Shown piece by piece: positions 8,433 through 17,396 of a DNA stretch of 64,000 nt. The stretch spans positions 64,001-128,000 of the forward strand of contig CAVSGI010000015.1 of the NCBI GenBank assembly GCA_963727445.1, read 5' to 3'. Position 1 is the first letter of the stretch. The number at the start of each line of letters is the position of its first letter. The notes beneath the pieces were generated by a model that did no database searches, was not told the DNA's origin, and saw only the letters and a list, made by a program, of their open reading frames with translations. This DNA is from an uncultured delta proteobacterium (lineage in GTDB: Bacteria > Myxococcota_A > Polyangia > Polyangiales > B10-G4). The translations under genes and the position numbers were made by a program.

Positions 8433-10691
8433 ATGCGTTGGGGCCTTTGCTTGCTCGTCGGGCTCGCCTCCACCCTGTTCTTCGCCGGTTGCGGGCCCGG
8501 GGAAGCGGTGGAGATCAGCGGGGTCGTGCGCGATGGGCGCAGCGGGCAGGCGCTTTCGGGGGCCGAGGTGCGCGCCTCCGGCGGGGGCCAGACGACCGCG
8601 GACGAGGATGGGCATTTCACGGTGCGGATCACCTCGGGCTCGGATCGGGTGATCCGGGCGGTGGCTCCCGGCCGATGCCCCGGGGAGACGGAGCTCGACG
8701 TGGACGAGTCGGGCAACGACGAGGTCACGGTCAACCTCTTCCCGCGCCTCGAGCTCGACGACTCGTACCTGGCGGTGGGCTTCGGCCGGGAGGTGGTCAT
8801 CGAAGCGCGCACGCGCTGCGACGACGACGAGAACCTGCGCTGGACCCAGATCTCGGGGCCGCCCCTCGAGGGCGACGCGCTACAGATCAGCGACGGTGGA
8901 AGGCGCGTCGTGCTGAAGACGCCGCGCCTCGAGGACATGGTCGAGCTCGACCCTCGGGTGTCGGTGGTGTCGCTGTCTCGCGCGCAGCGGGCGGACTTTC
9001 GGCTCCGGATGGAGACCAGCCTCGCCGGACGCCGTGAGGAGCGAACTGTGCGGGTGACGGCGGCCGCGCCGACGGCGGGCACCTATCAGGTGCCGACGGG
9101 CATCGACACCTACTTCAACGGGGGCGAAGGCGAGAGCCACCGCTGGTCGCTGCTCTCGAAGCCGGAGGACAGCGAGGCCGAGCTGATGGATGCGGAGACG
9201 CGGACGCCGCACCTCAGGCCCGATCGATTCGGGCAGTACATGATCCGCCACGAGACGTCGGGGCTCGAGATCAACGTGCAGGCCGGCGCTTTCGACGACG
9301 TGCCGCGGGATTGCGGCCGGAGCGGATGCCATCAGGCCGAAGACGAAGGCTGGAAGACGACGGTCCACGCGAGCACCTTTCGGCGCGGTCTCGAGGGAGA
9401 GCTGGGCGCGGCCTTCGACGAGCGTTGCTGGGCCTGCCACGCGACGGGCGTGGACTTCGGGATGCACGACGGCGGCTTTCACGAGACGGCGGCGAGCCTC
9501 GGCTGGCAGGCGCCCGAGCCTCATCCCGGCGCGTGGGAGGAGGCGCCGCCTCGAATCCGTCGCATCGCGTCCGTGTGGTGCTCGGCCTGTCACGGGCCTG
9601 GACGCATCCTGCCGCCGCAGTTCCACTGGGAGTACCAGGCGAAGTTCGCCGCCGGCGTCTGCGCGCAGTGCCACGACGCGGTGAACGACCCCGACGCCGC
9701 GGTGACCTCGTGGCAGTACCGCGAGTGGACGGTGGCCGCGATGGCCTCCTTCGTGGGCGGAGGAGACGAACCGGGGCCGGCGGCGCGGGCCGGCTGCGCG
9801 CGCTGTCACAGCGCCCAGGGCTTCGTGGCGTCGATGGACGGCCACGAGCTCACCCCCGAAGCGAGCACCGTTCACGCCATCACCTGCGCCACCTGCCACG
9901 ACCCGCATGACGGCACGAACCCCCACGCGCTGCGCATTCACGACGAAGTCGAGGTGTCCGGCAAGATGACGCGCGGGCTCGGGACGGGCGCGATCTGCGC
10001 GTCCTGTCATCAGGCGGGAGCCCCCGACGACGAGCGCCCCTCGGCTGCGCCACACGCACCCCAGACGGACGTGCTGTTGGGGCGGGGCTCGCTCCTGCTC
10101 CGCGCGCCGCGCACCGGACCGCACGCCCAGCTCGCCGGCGCCTGCGTCGCCTGCCACATGGCGGAGCCCGACGAAGAGCTCCGGGGCCGCGCGGGCGGTC
10201 ATACCTTCTCGGTGCGGGACCTCGGCTCCTCGAGCCGCATCCTGGCGGGACCGACCTGCAGCGCGTGCCACGGGGCGCAGGTCCCACCCCAGGCGATCGG
10301 CGACATCCGCGACTGGGACGGCGACGGAGTCAGCGACAACATCGGCCGGGAGTTCGATCGCGCCCTCGCCGCCGCCAAGGCCGAGCTCGCGACACGCATC
10401 GCGTATGCGCGCGTGCACGACGAGTGCGCGGGCGAACGGCTCGGGGAGAACTACGTGGAGTACGACGCGCAGCTGCTGCTGGTGGATCGCGGCGGCCATC
10501 TGCTCGGGGATTGCGACGGGGACGGCTCCTTCGGCGAGGGGGAAGAGGCCGTGGGCGTCGGCCAGCTGAGCCGTGAGCTCCGCAAGGTCGTGTGGGACGT
10601 CGCCATGCTCGAAAAGGACGGATCGCGGGGACGCCACAACCCGGCTTTCACCTTCGACATCCTCGGCGCCGTCCGCCGCAACCTCCGCTGA
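8433..10691 (+). CDS. Multiheme c-type cytochrome lipoprotein with N-terminal beta-sandwich domains
   Basis: Lipobox FAGC. Eight CxxCH motifs (CWACH, CSACH, CAQCH, CARCH, CATCH, CASCH, CVACH, CSACH) plus CGRSGCH. C-terminal DGSRGRHNP. Confidence 0.9.
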   Translation: MRWGLCLLVGLASTLFFAGCGPGEAVEISGVVRDGRSGQALSGAEVRASGGGQTTADEDGHFTVRITSGSDRVIRAVAPGRCPGETELDVDESGNDEVTVNLFPRLELDDSYLAVGFGREVVIEARTRCDDDENLRWTQISGPPLEGDALQISDGGRRVVLKTPRLEDMVELDPRVSVVSLSRAQRADFRLRMETSLAGRREERTVRVTAAAPTAGTYQVPTGIDTYFNGGEGESHRWSLLSKPEDSEAELMDAETRTPHLRPDRFGQYMIRHETSGLEINVQAGAFDDVPRDCGRSGCHQAEDEGWKTTVHASTFRRGLEGELGAAFDERCWACHATGVDFGMHDGGFHETAASLGWQAPEPHPGAWEEAPPRIRRIASVWCSACHGPGRILPPQFHWEYQAKFAAGVCAQCHDAVNDPDAAVTSWQYREWTVAAMASFVGGGDEPGPAARAGCARCHSAQGFVASMDGHELTPEASTVHAITCATCHDPHDGTNPHALRIHDEVEVSGKMTRGLGTGAICASCHQAGAPDDERPSAAPHAPQTDVLLGRGSLLLRAPRTGPHAQLAGACVACHMAEPDEELRGRAGGHTFSVRDLGSSSRILAGPTCSACHGAQVPPQAIGDIRDWDGDGVSDNIGREFDRALAAAKAELATRIAYARVHDECAGERLGENYVEYDAQLLLVDRGGHLLGDCDGDGSFGEGEEAVGVGQLSRELRKVVWDVAMLEKDGSRGRHNPAFTFDILGAVRRNLR

Positions 10692-10738
10692 CGGGCCGAG
10701 GGCTGGTTGTGTTAGCCTCGACGGCCCAAGGAGGGGCG

Positions 10739-11137
10739 ATGATGATGAAGGCCACGACGCTGCTGCTCACGCTGACCGCGGCGCTGACGATTCTCGCAGG
10801 TTGCGGACCCGATCCCGTGCAGCGTTCCGAGAGCGGAACGCTCGAGGCCGGCGACAACACCCACCCCAACGACGGCTCGTTCTACGACGAGTACACGTTC
10901 CGCGCGAAGCAGGGGTGGCGCATCACCCTCACCATGACCTCGCCTGGGTTCCAGCCGTACCTCCAGCTGCGAATGAAGGACAAGGGCGACGAAGGCCTGG
11001 TCGAGCAGCCCGGCGCCAACGGCACCGCGGTGCTCAACACCACCGCTCCTGAGACCACCGAGTACGTGATCTGGGCGAACTCGAACACCGCGGGCGAGAC
11101 AGGGCCTTACACGTTGTTGATCTCCGCCCAGCCTTGA
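10739..11137 (+). CDS. Lipoprotein with PPC (pre-peptidase C-terminal)-like domain
   Basis: Lipobox LAGC. DGSFYDEYTF...ITLTMTS..FQPYLQL...YVIWANS...TGPYTL. Confidence 0.8.
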   Translation: MMMKATTLLLTLTAALTILAGCGPDPVQRSESGTLEAGDNTHPNDGSFYDEYTFRAKQGWRITLTMTSPGFQPYLQLRMKDKGDEGLVEQPGANGTAVLNTTAPETTEYVIWANSNTAGETGPYTLLISAQP

Positions 11138-11153
11138 ACGGCAAGAGCGGAGC

Positions 11154-11798
11154 TCAACTGCACCCGTCGAAGCTCACGTTGGCGCTGTAGGTGCCGCCCT
11201 CCGGCGTGTTGCATTCGAGGCTCACGTGGCCTTCGCGCACGCGGATGTTGTTGATCGTGGTGTTGGTGTTGTGGACGTCGATCTCCACCTTCGAGCAGGT
11301 CGAGGTGTCGAGCGGGCGGACCACGCAATCGAAGTCGTTCTGACACTCGATCGGGCTCTCGATGTAGACGTCCCACTGGTTGAGCTGGTTCTTCACCAGC
11401 TTGATGCCGCCGCGCCATCCGTCGTGGCCATTCGCGGACTGCAGCTCGGGCGCCACCCAGACGCCGAAGAAGTCCTCGTGCGCGCCCGAGTAACAGCTCG
11501 TCGGGTTGAGCGTGTAGTCGCCGTGGGGCGCGCCCGTGGAGCGGATCGTCCCCTCCGCGCTCCCGTTGCAGCCCCCACCTCCGCCGCTGAGGGCCATGAT
11601 GCCCAAGGGGAGGATGGCCATGGCGATGACCAGAAAGAGCACACCCTTGGGACTCGACTTCTTGGGCGCCTTCTTGGGCGCCGCCGTGGGCGCGGAGGTA
11701 TCGACCGCGCGGGCGCCGAGGGGCGTCGCACACCCGCCGCAGAACTTGTCGGTGTCATCGTTCTGATGACCGCAGTTGGGACAGATCACCGTGGACAT
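11154..11798 (-). CDS. Zinc-ribbon domain membrane protein
   Basis: CPNCG...KFCGGCA, one TM helix and an extracytoplasmic Cys-containing domain. Confidence 0.8.
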   Translation of the reverse strand: MSTVICPNCGHQNDDTDKFCGGCATPLGARAVDTSAPTAAPKKAPKKSSPKGVLFLVIAMAILPLGIMALSGGGGGCNGSAEGTIRSTGAPHGDYTLNPTSCYSGAHEDFFGVWVAPELQSANGHDGWRGGIKLVKNQLNQWDVYIESPIECQNDFDCVVRPLDTSTCSKVEIDVHNTNTTINNIRVREGHVSLECNTPEGGTYSANVSFDGCS

Positions 11799-11863
11799 GG
11801 GCCACATCATCCTACCAACGTCCCGCTTGCCGGATCCTGAAAGTCCGTTTAGTCTTTCGCCCC

Positions 11864-12475
11864 GTGATCGGGCGTCTTCACGGGGAAGTGGTCGACCACA
11901 ACCTCGACGGCTCGGTGGTCGTGGACGTGGGCGGCGTGGGGTACGAGGTTTTCGTGCCCCTGGGCCACCTCGCGCGCCTCCCCCAGCCGCCGCAGAAGGT
12001 CACGCTCCACGTCCACACCCACGTGCGCGAAGAGGCGCTGACCCTCTTCGGCTTCGCCTCCACCACGGATCGCGAGGCCTTTCGCACGGTGCTCGGCGTG
12101 AGCGGCGTCGGGCCGAAGCTGGCCCTGTCGATCCTCGGCGCCTTCGGCGCGCGCGAGCTCGCCGAGGTGATCGCCCGTCAGGATCGCGCCGCCTTCAAGA
12201 ACGTCCACGGCGTCGGCAAGAAGACCGCCGAGCGCCTGCTCCTCGAGCTCAAGGACAAGCTCGGCGCCCTCTTTGCGGATCTGCCCGCGACCTCTCGACC
12301 CGATGCGCAACCGGCGGCGCCCGAGCCCACCGGTCCGCTGGCGGTGGTCGCGGGCGCGCTGGTGCAGATGGGCTATCGGCCGTCGGAGGCCAAGACCGCG
12401 GTCGCGGCCATCGGCGAGCCGAAGGGGCGCGAGGTGAGTGAGCTCCTGCGCGATGCGCTGGGGCAGATGGGCTGA
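11864..12475 (+). CDS. ruvA: Holliday junction branch migration protein RuvA
   Basis: MIGRLHG...DVGGVGYEV...VREEALTLFGF...VSGVGPKLAL...GVGKKTAERLLLELKDK. Confidence 0.97.
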   Translation: MIGRLHGEVVDHNLDGSVVVDVGGVGYEVFVPLGHLARLPQPPQKVTLHVHTHVREEALTLFGFASTTDREAFRTVLGVSGVGPKLALSILGAFGARELAEVIARQDRAAFKNVHGVGKKTAERLLLELKDKLGALFADLPATSRPDAQPAAPEPTGPLAVVAGALVQMGYRPSEAKTAVAAIGEPKGREVSELLRDALGQMG

Positions 12476-12478
12476 GGC

Positions 12479-13510
12479 ATGACGACGAACGAAGCCACGC
12501 TCCGCGAGATCGGACCGGACGAACAGGATGAGGATCGCACCTACGAGATCTCCCTGCGCCCGTCGCGCTTCGAGGACTTCGTCGGCCAGGACAAGATCAA
12601 GGACAACCTGAAGGTCTTCGTCGCGGCCGCCAACAAGCGCGGCGATCCCCTCGACCACGTCCTCTTCCACGGCCCACCCGGCCTGGGGAAGACGACCCTC
12701 TCCTTCATCCTCGCCGAAGAGCTCGGCGCCGGGCTGACCCTCGCGTCGGGTCCGGCGATCGAGCACAAGGGCCAGCTGGCATCCCTGCTCACGAAGCTCG
12801 AGCCGCGGGACGTGCTCTTCATCGACGAGATCCACCGGCTCACGCCCGTGGTGGAAGAGACCCTCTACACCGCCATCGAGGACTTCCGCATCGAGGTGGT
12901 GCACGGCGACGGCCCCTACGCGGCGTCGATCCAGGTGCCCCTCCACCCCTTCACGCTGGTCGGCGCCACCACCCGCACCGGCCTGCTGACGAGCCCCATG
13001 CTCTCGCGCTTCGGTTACGAGGCGCGCCTCGACTACTACGGCGCGCCGGAGCTCGCGCGCATCGTGAGGCGCAGCGCCGGGCTCCTCGGCGTGAGCATCA
13101 CCGACGACGGCGCCCTCGAGATCGCGACCCGCGCCCGGGGCACGCCGCGCATCGCGAACCGCCTCTTGCGCCGGTCTCGCGACTTCGCGGAGGTGCTCGG
13201 TGACGGCACCCTCAGCTGCGACGCGGCGCGCGACGCACTCGATCGATTGGATGTGGACGGACGCGGCCTCGACCTCATGGACCGGCGCCTGCTCCAGGTG
13301 ATCATCGACGTCTACAAAGGGGGACCGGTCGGCATCGAAGCGCTCGCCGCCGCGCTCTCCGAGCCCCGCGACACCCTCGAGGACGTCTACGAGCCCTACC
13401 TGATCCAGCAGGGCTTCCTCGCGCGCACCGCCCGCGGCCGCGTCGCGACCGACCTGGCCTTCGAGCACCTGGGCCTCGAGCGCCCCGCCGGGCAGCGCCA
13501 GCTGTTCTGA
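12479..13510 (+). CDS. ruvB: Holliday junction branch migration helicase RuvB
   Basis: [58 protein letters not shown]. Confidence 0.98.
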   Translation: MTTNEATLREIGPDEQDEDRTYEISLRPSRFEDFVGQDKIKDNLKVFVAAANKRGDPLDHVLFHGPPGLGKTTLSFILAEELGAGLTLASGPAIEHKGQLASLLTKLEPRDVLFIDEIHRLTPVVEETLYTAIEDFRIEVVHGDGPYAASIQVPLHPFTLVGATTRTGLLTSPMLSRFGYEARLDYYGAPELARIVRRSAGLLGVSITDDGALEIATRARGTPRIANRLLRRSRDFAEVLGDGTLSCDAARDALDRLDVDGRGLDLMDRRLLQVIIDVYKGGPVGIEALAAALSEPRDTLEDVYEPYLIQQGFLARTARGRVATDLAFEHLGLERPAGQRQLF

Positions 13511-13550
13511 GAAGGCTCGCGCGGCCGGAGCACGGGACGCGCGAGCCTTC
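13511..13550 (+). terminator. Stem-loop after ruvB
   Basis: 13-bp perfect stem GAAGGCTCGCGCG / CGCGCGAGCCTTC directly after the stop; no strong U tract. Confidence 0.55.
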
Positions 13551-13590
13551 AGTGCGCGCCCGCCCGCCCCCGATGCGCTACACTCGATTC

Positions 13591-14328
13591 ATGGGCGGGT
13601 TGTTGGTGCCCGACGCGGAGACACGGAGCTTCGTCTTCGCTTCGTTCGACTGGCTCCTCTCGGGCAACGGGGGCCTGAGCCGCTTCATCGAGCAGACGGA
13701 GCTCGTCACTCCGACCCTCCACGACTTCCCGGTCGATCTGGATCTCGAGGGGCGAGAGCTCGCGCTCGACTACTTCGCCTTCGTGCGCGAGCACGCACGC
13801 ATCGACGAGAAGCTCCGCTTCCGGCTCACGCCCGGGCGACAGCTCTTGGTGAAGCGCGGGGGAAACGACGATCAGCCTCTGCCCATCGGCTACGCCGAAG
13901 AAGCCGAGGACGATCCCGAGCTGCTCATCGCCTTCGTGAGCCGCGGTCTCCATCACTACGCCATCCAGAGCCATCCGCGCTCACCGCCGGGTGGCTGGTC
14001 GCTGATCGGCGCCGCCGCCGAGCTGGCCGCCGTCTTCGCCGGTTTTGGAATCTTCCTCACCAACACCGCCTTCGCCTTTCCCGACGAGGCCAGCCTCGTG
14101 CGCTGGGCGCCGCGACAGCGCTGGGTCCTGCACGAGCGGGCGCTCGCCTACGCCCTGGCGGTCTTCGGTTGGGTGAAGGAGATCCCGGACCTCCACATCA
14201 TCAGCTACCTCCGCCCCAACCCGCAGGCTTTCTATCGCGCTGCGGTGCGCGATCTGCGCCGGCGCGGCTCCGAGCTCTCGGAGCTCCGAGGCACGCTCAG
14301 GCTGCCTCCCCGGGGCCCTTATCGCTGA
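13591..14328 (+). CDS. Hypothetical protein, possibly a degenerate zincin-like protein
   Basis: Coding-like ORF. TACACT lies 6 nt before ATG 13591. Contains ELAAVFAGFGIFLTN and ends GPYR. Confidence 0.7.
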   Translation: MGGLLVPDAETRSFVFASFDWLLSGNGGLSRFIEQTELVTPTLHDFPVDLDLEGRELALDYFAFVREHARIDEKLRFRLTPGRQLLVKRGGNDDQPLPIGYAEEAEDDPELLIAFVSRGLHHYAIQSHPRSPPGGWSLIGAAAELAAVFAGFGIFLTNTAFAFPDEASLVRWAPRQRWVLHERALAYALAVFGWVKEIPDLHIISYLRPNPQAFYRAAVRDLRRRGSELSELRGTLRLPPRGPYR

Positions 14329-14370
14329 AGAAGTCCCAACGACGGCCCATGGCGTTCTAAGATTCGCCCC

Positions 14371-15972
14371 ATGCGGGTATCGGAGCGTCCCTCGACTCTC
14401 ACGTCTCCCGGCAGTGAGCCTCGCGACGTCTATGCGAATTTGCTGCGGGACACCCGTGGGCTCCGTCGCGAGCACGCGACGGCGCGTGAGGCCTGGTTCG
14501 CGTCGCTGCCCTGGGACGAAAAGGAGGACGACCTCTTCGAGCTCGAGATGCTCCTCAAGGGCATCGCTTGCTACGGCAACCCGCGCAACCATCCCGGCAA
14601 GAAGCGACAGGTGGCCGAGCTGGGTCAGGACTTCAGCCGGGACCTGCGCACCATCCGCCGCACCGTCGACCGCACGGTAACCGTCGTGCGCCGCCTGCTC
14701 GGCGAGCGCGACCGCGTCTTCAACTTCTCGCAGTACCTCGAGTCGCTCCTTCCGGAGGACGCCGAGCGCGGACAGCTGGTCAAGGAGCAGCTCGCCCAGG
14801 ACACGCCGATCGAAGCGCTCTGGGTGCTGCGCAATGCCTTCAGCGGTTACGTCGCCGTGATGGACGGCCTGCTCCGCTCGGGCCGCATCTCGCATCGCAT
14901 CTATCACGGGATGCACGGCACGCTCACCCGCGAGATCGGGCGCAACACCTTCTTCAACCCGCTGGTCTCTCTCGAGTTCCGCACCGAGTTCGATCGCATC
15001 CAGGCCGCCGAGGTACTCGAAGCGCTCTCGTCGGTGTCGAGCGATGCGTCCCATCGCGTCACCGCGCTCGCCTTCCTGACCATCTTCCGCGCGCTCCGTT
15101 ACCTGGACCTCGTCGATCAATACGCGGCCGATCCGGAGACGCTGCCGCTCTGCCCGGTGATCCTCTCGGTCTTCCGAAGCGACCTGCGCGTCTTGACGCG
15201 CTACCTGGTCCGCACCGCCGCCGACGCCATGGCCGACGGGCTCGAGCGCGAGCTCCTGCTCGTGGACGCGTCGGAGGTGCGCGATCACTACGACACGCTC
15301 GCGGCGATCATGGGGAGCCTGCTCTCCCTCCGGCACAGCCTGGAGAGCACCGGACAGACGCTGCACCTCGAGATCCGCCGGGTCTTTCGCCTCGATCTCC
15401 CGAGCCCCGACGCGGACATCCCCGCCTCCGACCTCGCCGCGCAGACGGTGATCGCCACCGCGACGCTTCGGGCCGCCCTGCACCACGCCGTCCACGGGCT
15501 CTGCCGCGAGCTCGCGCCATCCGCGGTGCTGCCCTCCCTCGCGAGCACCGAAGCGAGCAAGCGCGCCGCGAGCGAGCGGCTCCGCCGAGAGGTCTGGATG
15601 TTCACTCAAGTGCTGCGCGCTTTCCTCGCGAAGGCGAATCAACCCGAGGGCAACCCCAACCGGTGGACAGCCACCACCAGCTTCCACTTCGTCGGCGAGT
15701 TCCTCCGTCACTTCCGGGCGATCGGCTATCAGCTCCTTCGGGTGAGCGACTACGAGCGCCTCGACCACTTCATGGCGGCCCTCGACCGCCTGCGCGACGT
15801 CGACTTTCTCGAAGAGGACGATCGCATCGCCGCCATCGCGGAGTGCACGGCCTTCTTCGAGTACATGGATCAGCTCTTCGCGCAGGTGAGCCGCCGCGCG
15901 GAGCTCAAGGACGTCCCCTTCGACAAGCGCGCTGCGACCGAGACGCTGCGCCTCTACCTCGGCGCGGCCTGA
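14371..15972 (+). CDS. Hypothetical alpha-helical cytoplasmic protein (533 aa)
   Basis: Long ORF with typical high-GC codon usage and no motif I recognise. Confidence 0.8.
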   Translation: MRVSERPSTLTSPGSEPRDVYANLLRDTRGLRREHATAREAWFASLPWDEKEDDLFELEMLLKGIACYGNPRNHPGKKRQVAELGQDFSRDLRTIRRTVDRTVTVVRRLLGERDRVFNFSQYLESLLPEDAERGQLVKEQLAQDTPIEALWVLRNAFSGYVAVMDGLLRSGRISHRIYHGMHGTLTREIGRNTFFNPLVSLEFRTEFDRIQAAEVLEALSSVSSDASHRVTALAFLTIFRALRYLDLVDQYAADPETLPLCPVILSVFRSDLRVLTRYLVRTAADAMADGLERELLLVDASEVRDHYDTLAAIMGSLLSLRHSLESTGQTLHLEIRRVFRLDLPSPDADIPASDLAAQTVIATATLRAALHHAVHGLCRELAPSAVLPSLASTEASKRAASERLRREVWMFTQVLRAFLAKANQPEGNPNRWTATTSFHFVGEFLRHFRAIGYQLLRVSDYERLDHFMAALDRLRDVDFLEEDDRIAAIAECTAFFEYMDQLFAQVSRRAELKDVPFDKRAATETLRLYLGAA

Positions 15973-15974
15973 GC

Positions 15975-17396
15975 TCAGCTCGGCGGGCGCATCGAACGCC
16001 CATCGCTGGTGAATACCGAGCGAAGGAGCGCGCGTGCCCCCTTCGGACGCTCCCAACCGACGGGCGCATGCACCATGCGCACCTCGAGGGTCGTCAGGAG
16101 CGACTCGACGGTCGGATCCTCCGACTCACCGAGGAGCAGCGCGACGGTGGACGCCTCGAGGAGCGGTCCCCAGAGCGGGCGGAGCTCGGGCTCGAGCGGC
16201 AGCACCAGGAGCTCCACGTCGGTCCCTTCGAGGCGCAGCACACCGAGATGACCGAGCGCGCCATGCCCCGCCGCGGAGGGTGGACGCGCCGCCGCGACGA
16301 AGCCGTCGATGCGCGACAGGGCGCGCGCGAAGCGGGCGACCTCGCGCGTGGTGGGCGCGAGGATGGGCAGGCGGAACGGACCCTCGAGGCCCGGACGCCG
16401 CAGGCGGCTCGCACCCGCGCGCAGGGCGATCGCCTCGTCGGGGCCGGCGAAGCGGAGACGCTCACCTTCGGGGTCGAAGATGAGGAGCGCGCCCTCCTCG
16501 GCCAGCTCGCGAAGGGCTCCGAGGATCGCGAGGTCGGGCGCCCGAATGCGATCGAGCAGCTCACCGATGGTGCGCGGCTCGTCGAGGCGCTCGACGATGG
16601 CGCCAGCGAGCGGGGATGGATCCGTCGGCGTGACCGAGACGCTCACCAGAGCGCCGAAGCCGGGCAGGACGTCCCTCAGGCGCGCCACCTCGTCGGACTG
16701 ACGCGCGCCTTCCATCAGGAGCTGGTCGGTGTGCGCGTCGATGCGACGCTCTTCGGGGGCGGAGCCGGGATAGAAGACGAAGGTGCCGCTCCGCGTACCG
16801 AGGATCCGGTAGAGGGCCTTTTCACCCGCCACACCGGCGAAGGTCGCGTCCACGATTCGCCCGTCTTCGACCCAGACGCGCCCCTCGGCCTTGCGGGCCG
16901 AGAGCTCGAGTCGTCCCGTGCGGCGGTTGGCGGAGAAGACCTGAAGCAGATCGAAGAGCGCGACCTGCGACAGATCGCCGGAGAGCTCGGGCTCGATGCG
17001 CGGGCCGAAGCGCTTGCGCAGGACGTCGTCGACGCGGGCGGCGACCTCTTCGGCGTTGAAGGGCTTGACGATCGGCTGGGCTCGGGCGTCGATGGCGGCG
17101 AGGCGGCTCGGCTCACCGGTGCCCATGAGGAAGGTCTCGGTGCTGCTGGTGCGGGGATTGTCGCGGAGCACCTCGAGGAAGGTGCGCACGTCGAGGACCG
17201 GCACGTCGCGATCGACGAGCACCACCTCGGCCGCGACCTCCACCGCGCGCGACAGACCCGTGCGACCGTCGGCGGCCAGAACGACGTGGTGCCCGCGCCG
17301 CCTCAGGGCGTTGGAGAGCGAGCCGAGGACGTCGTAGTCCGCGTCCACCACCAGGACCCGGCCTTGAAAGCTCTCCTCTGCGATCGGGGCGGTCAT
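15975..17396 (-). CDS. Receiver + DUF4388 domain protein
   Basis: N-terminal REC (RVLVVDAD..VLVDRDVP..KPF) followed by LSGDLSQVALFDLLQVFSANRRTGRLEL...LLMEGARQSDE. Confidence 0.88.
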   Translation of the reverse strand: MTAPIAEESFQGRVLVVDADYDVLGSLSNALRRRGHHVVLAADGRTGLSRAVEVAAEVVLVDRDVPVLDVRTFLEVLRDNPRTSSTETFLMGTGEPSRLAAIDARAQPIVKPFNAEEVAARVDDVLRKRFGPRIEPELSGDLSQVALFDLLQVFSANRRTGRLELSARKAEGRVWVEDGRIVDATFAGVAGEKALYRILGTRSGTFVFYPGSAPEERRIDAHTDQLLMEGARQSDEVARLRDVLPGFGALVSVSVTPTDPSPLAGAIVERLDEPRTIGELLDRIRAPDLAILGALRELAEEGALLIFDPEGERLRFAGPDEAIALRAGASRLRRPGLEGPFRLPILAPTTREVARFARALSRIDGFVAAARPPSAAGHGALGHLGVLRLEGTDVELLVLPLEPELRPLWGPLLEASTVALLLGESEDPTVESLLTTLEVRMVHAPVGWERPKGARALLRSVFTSDGRSMRPPS

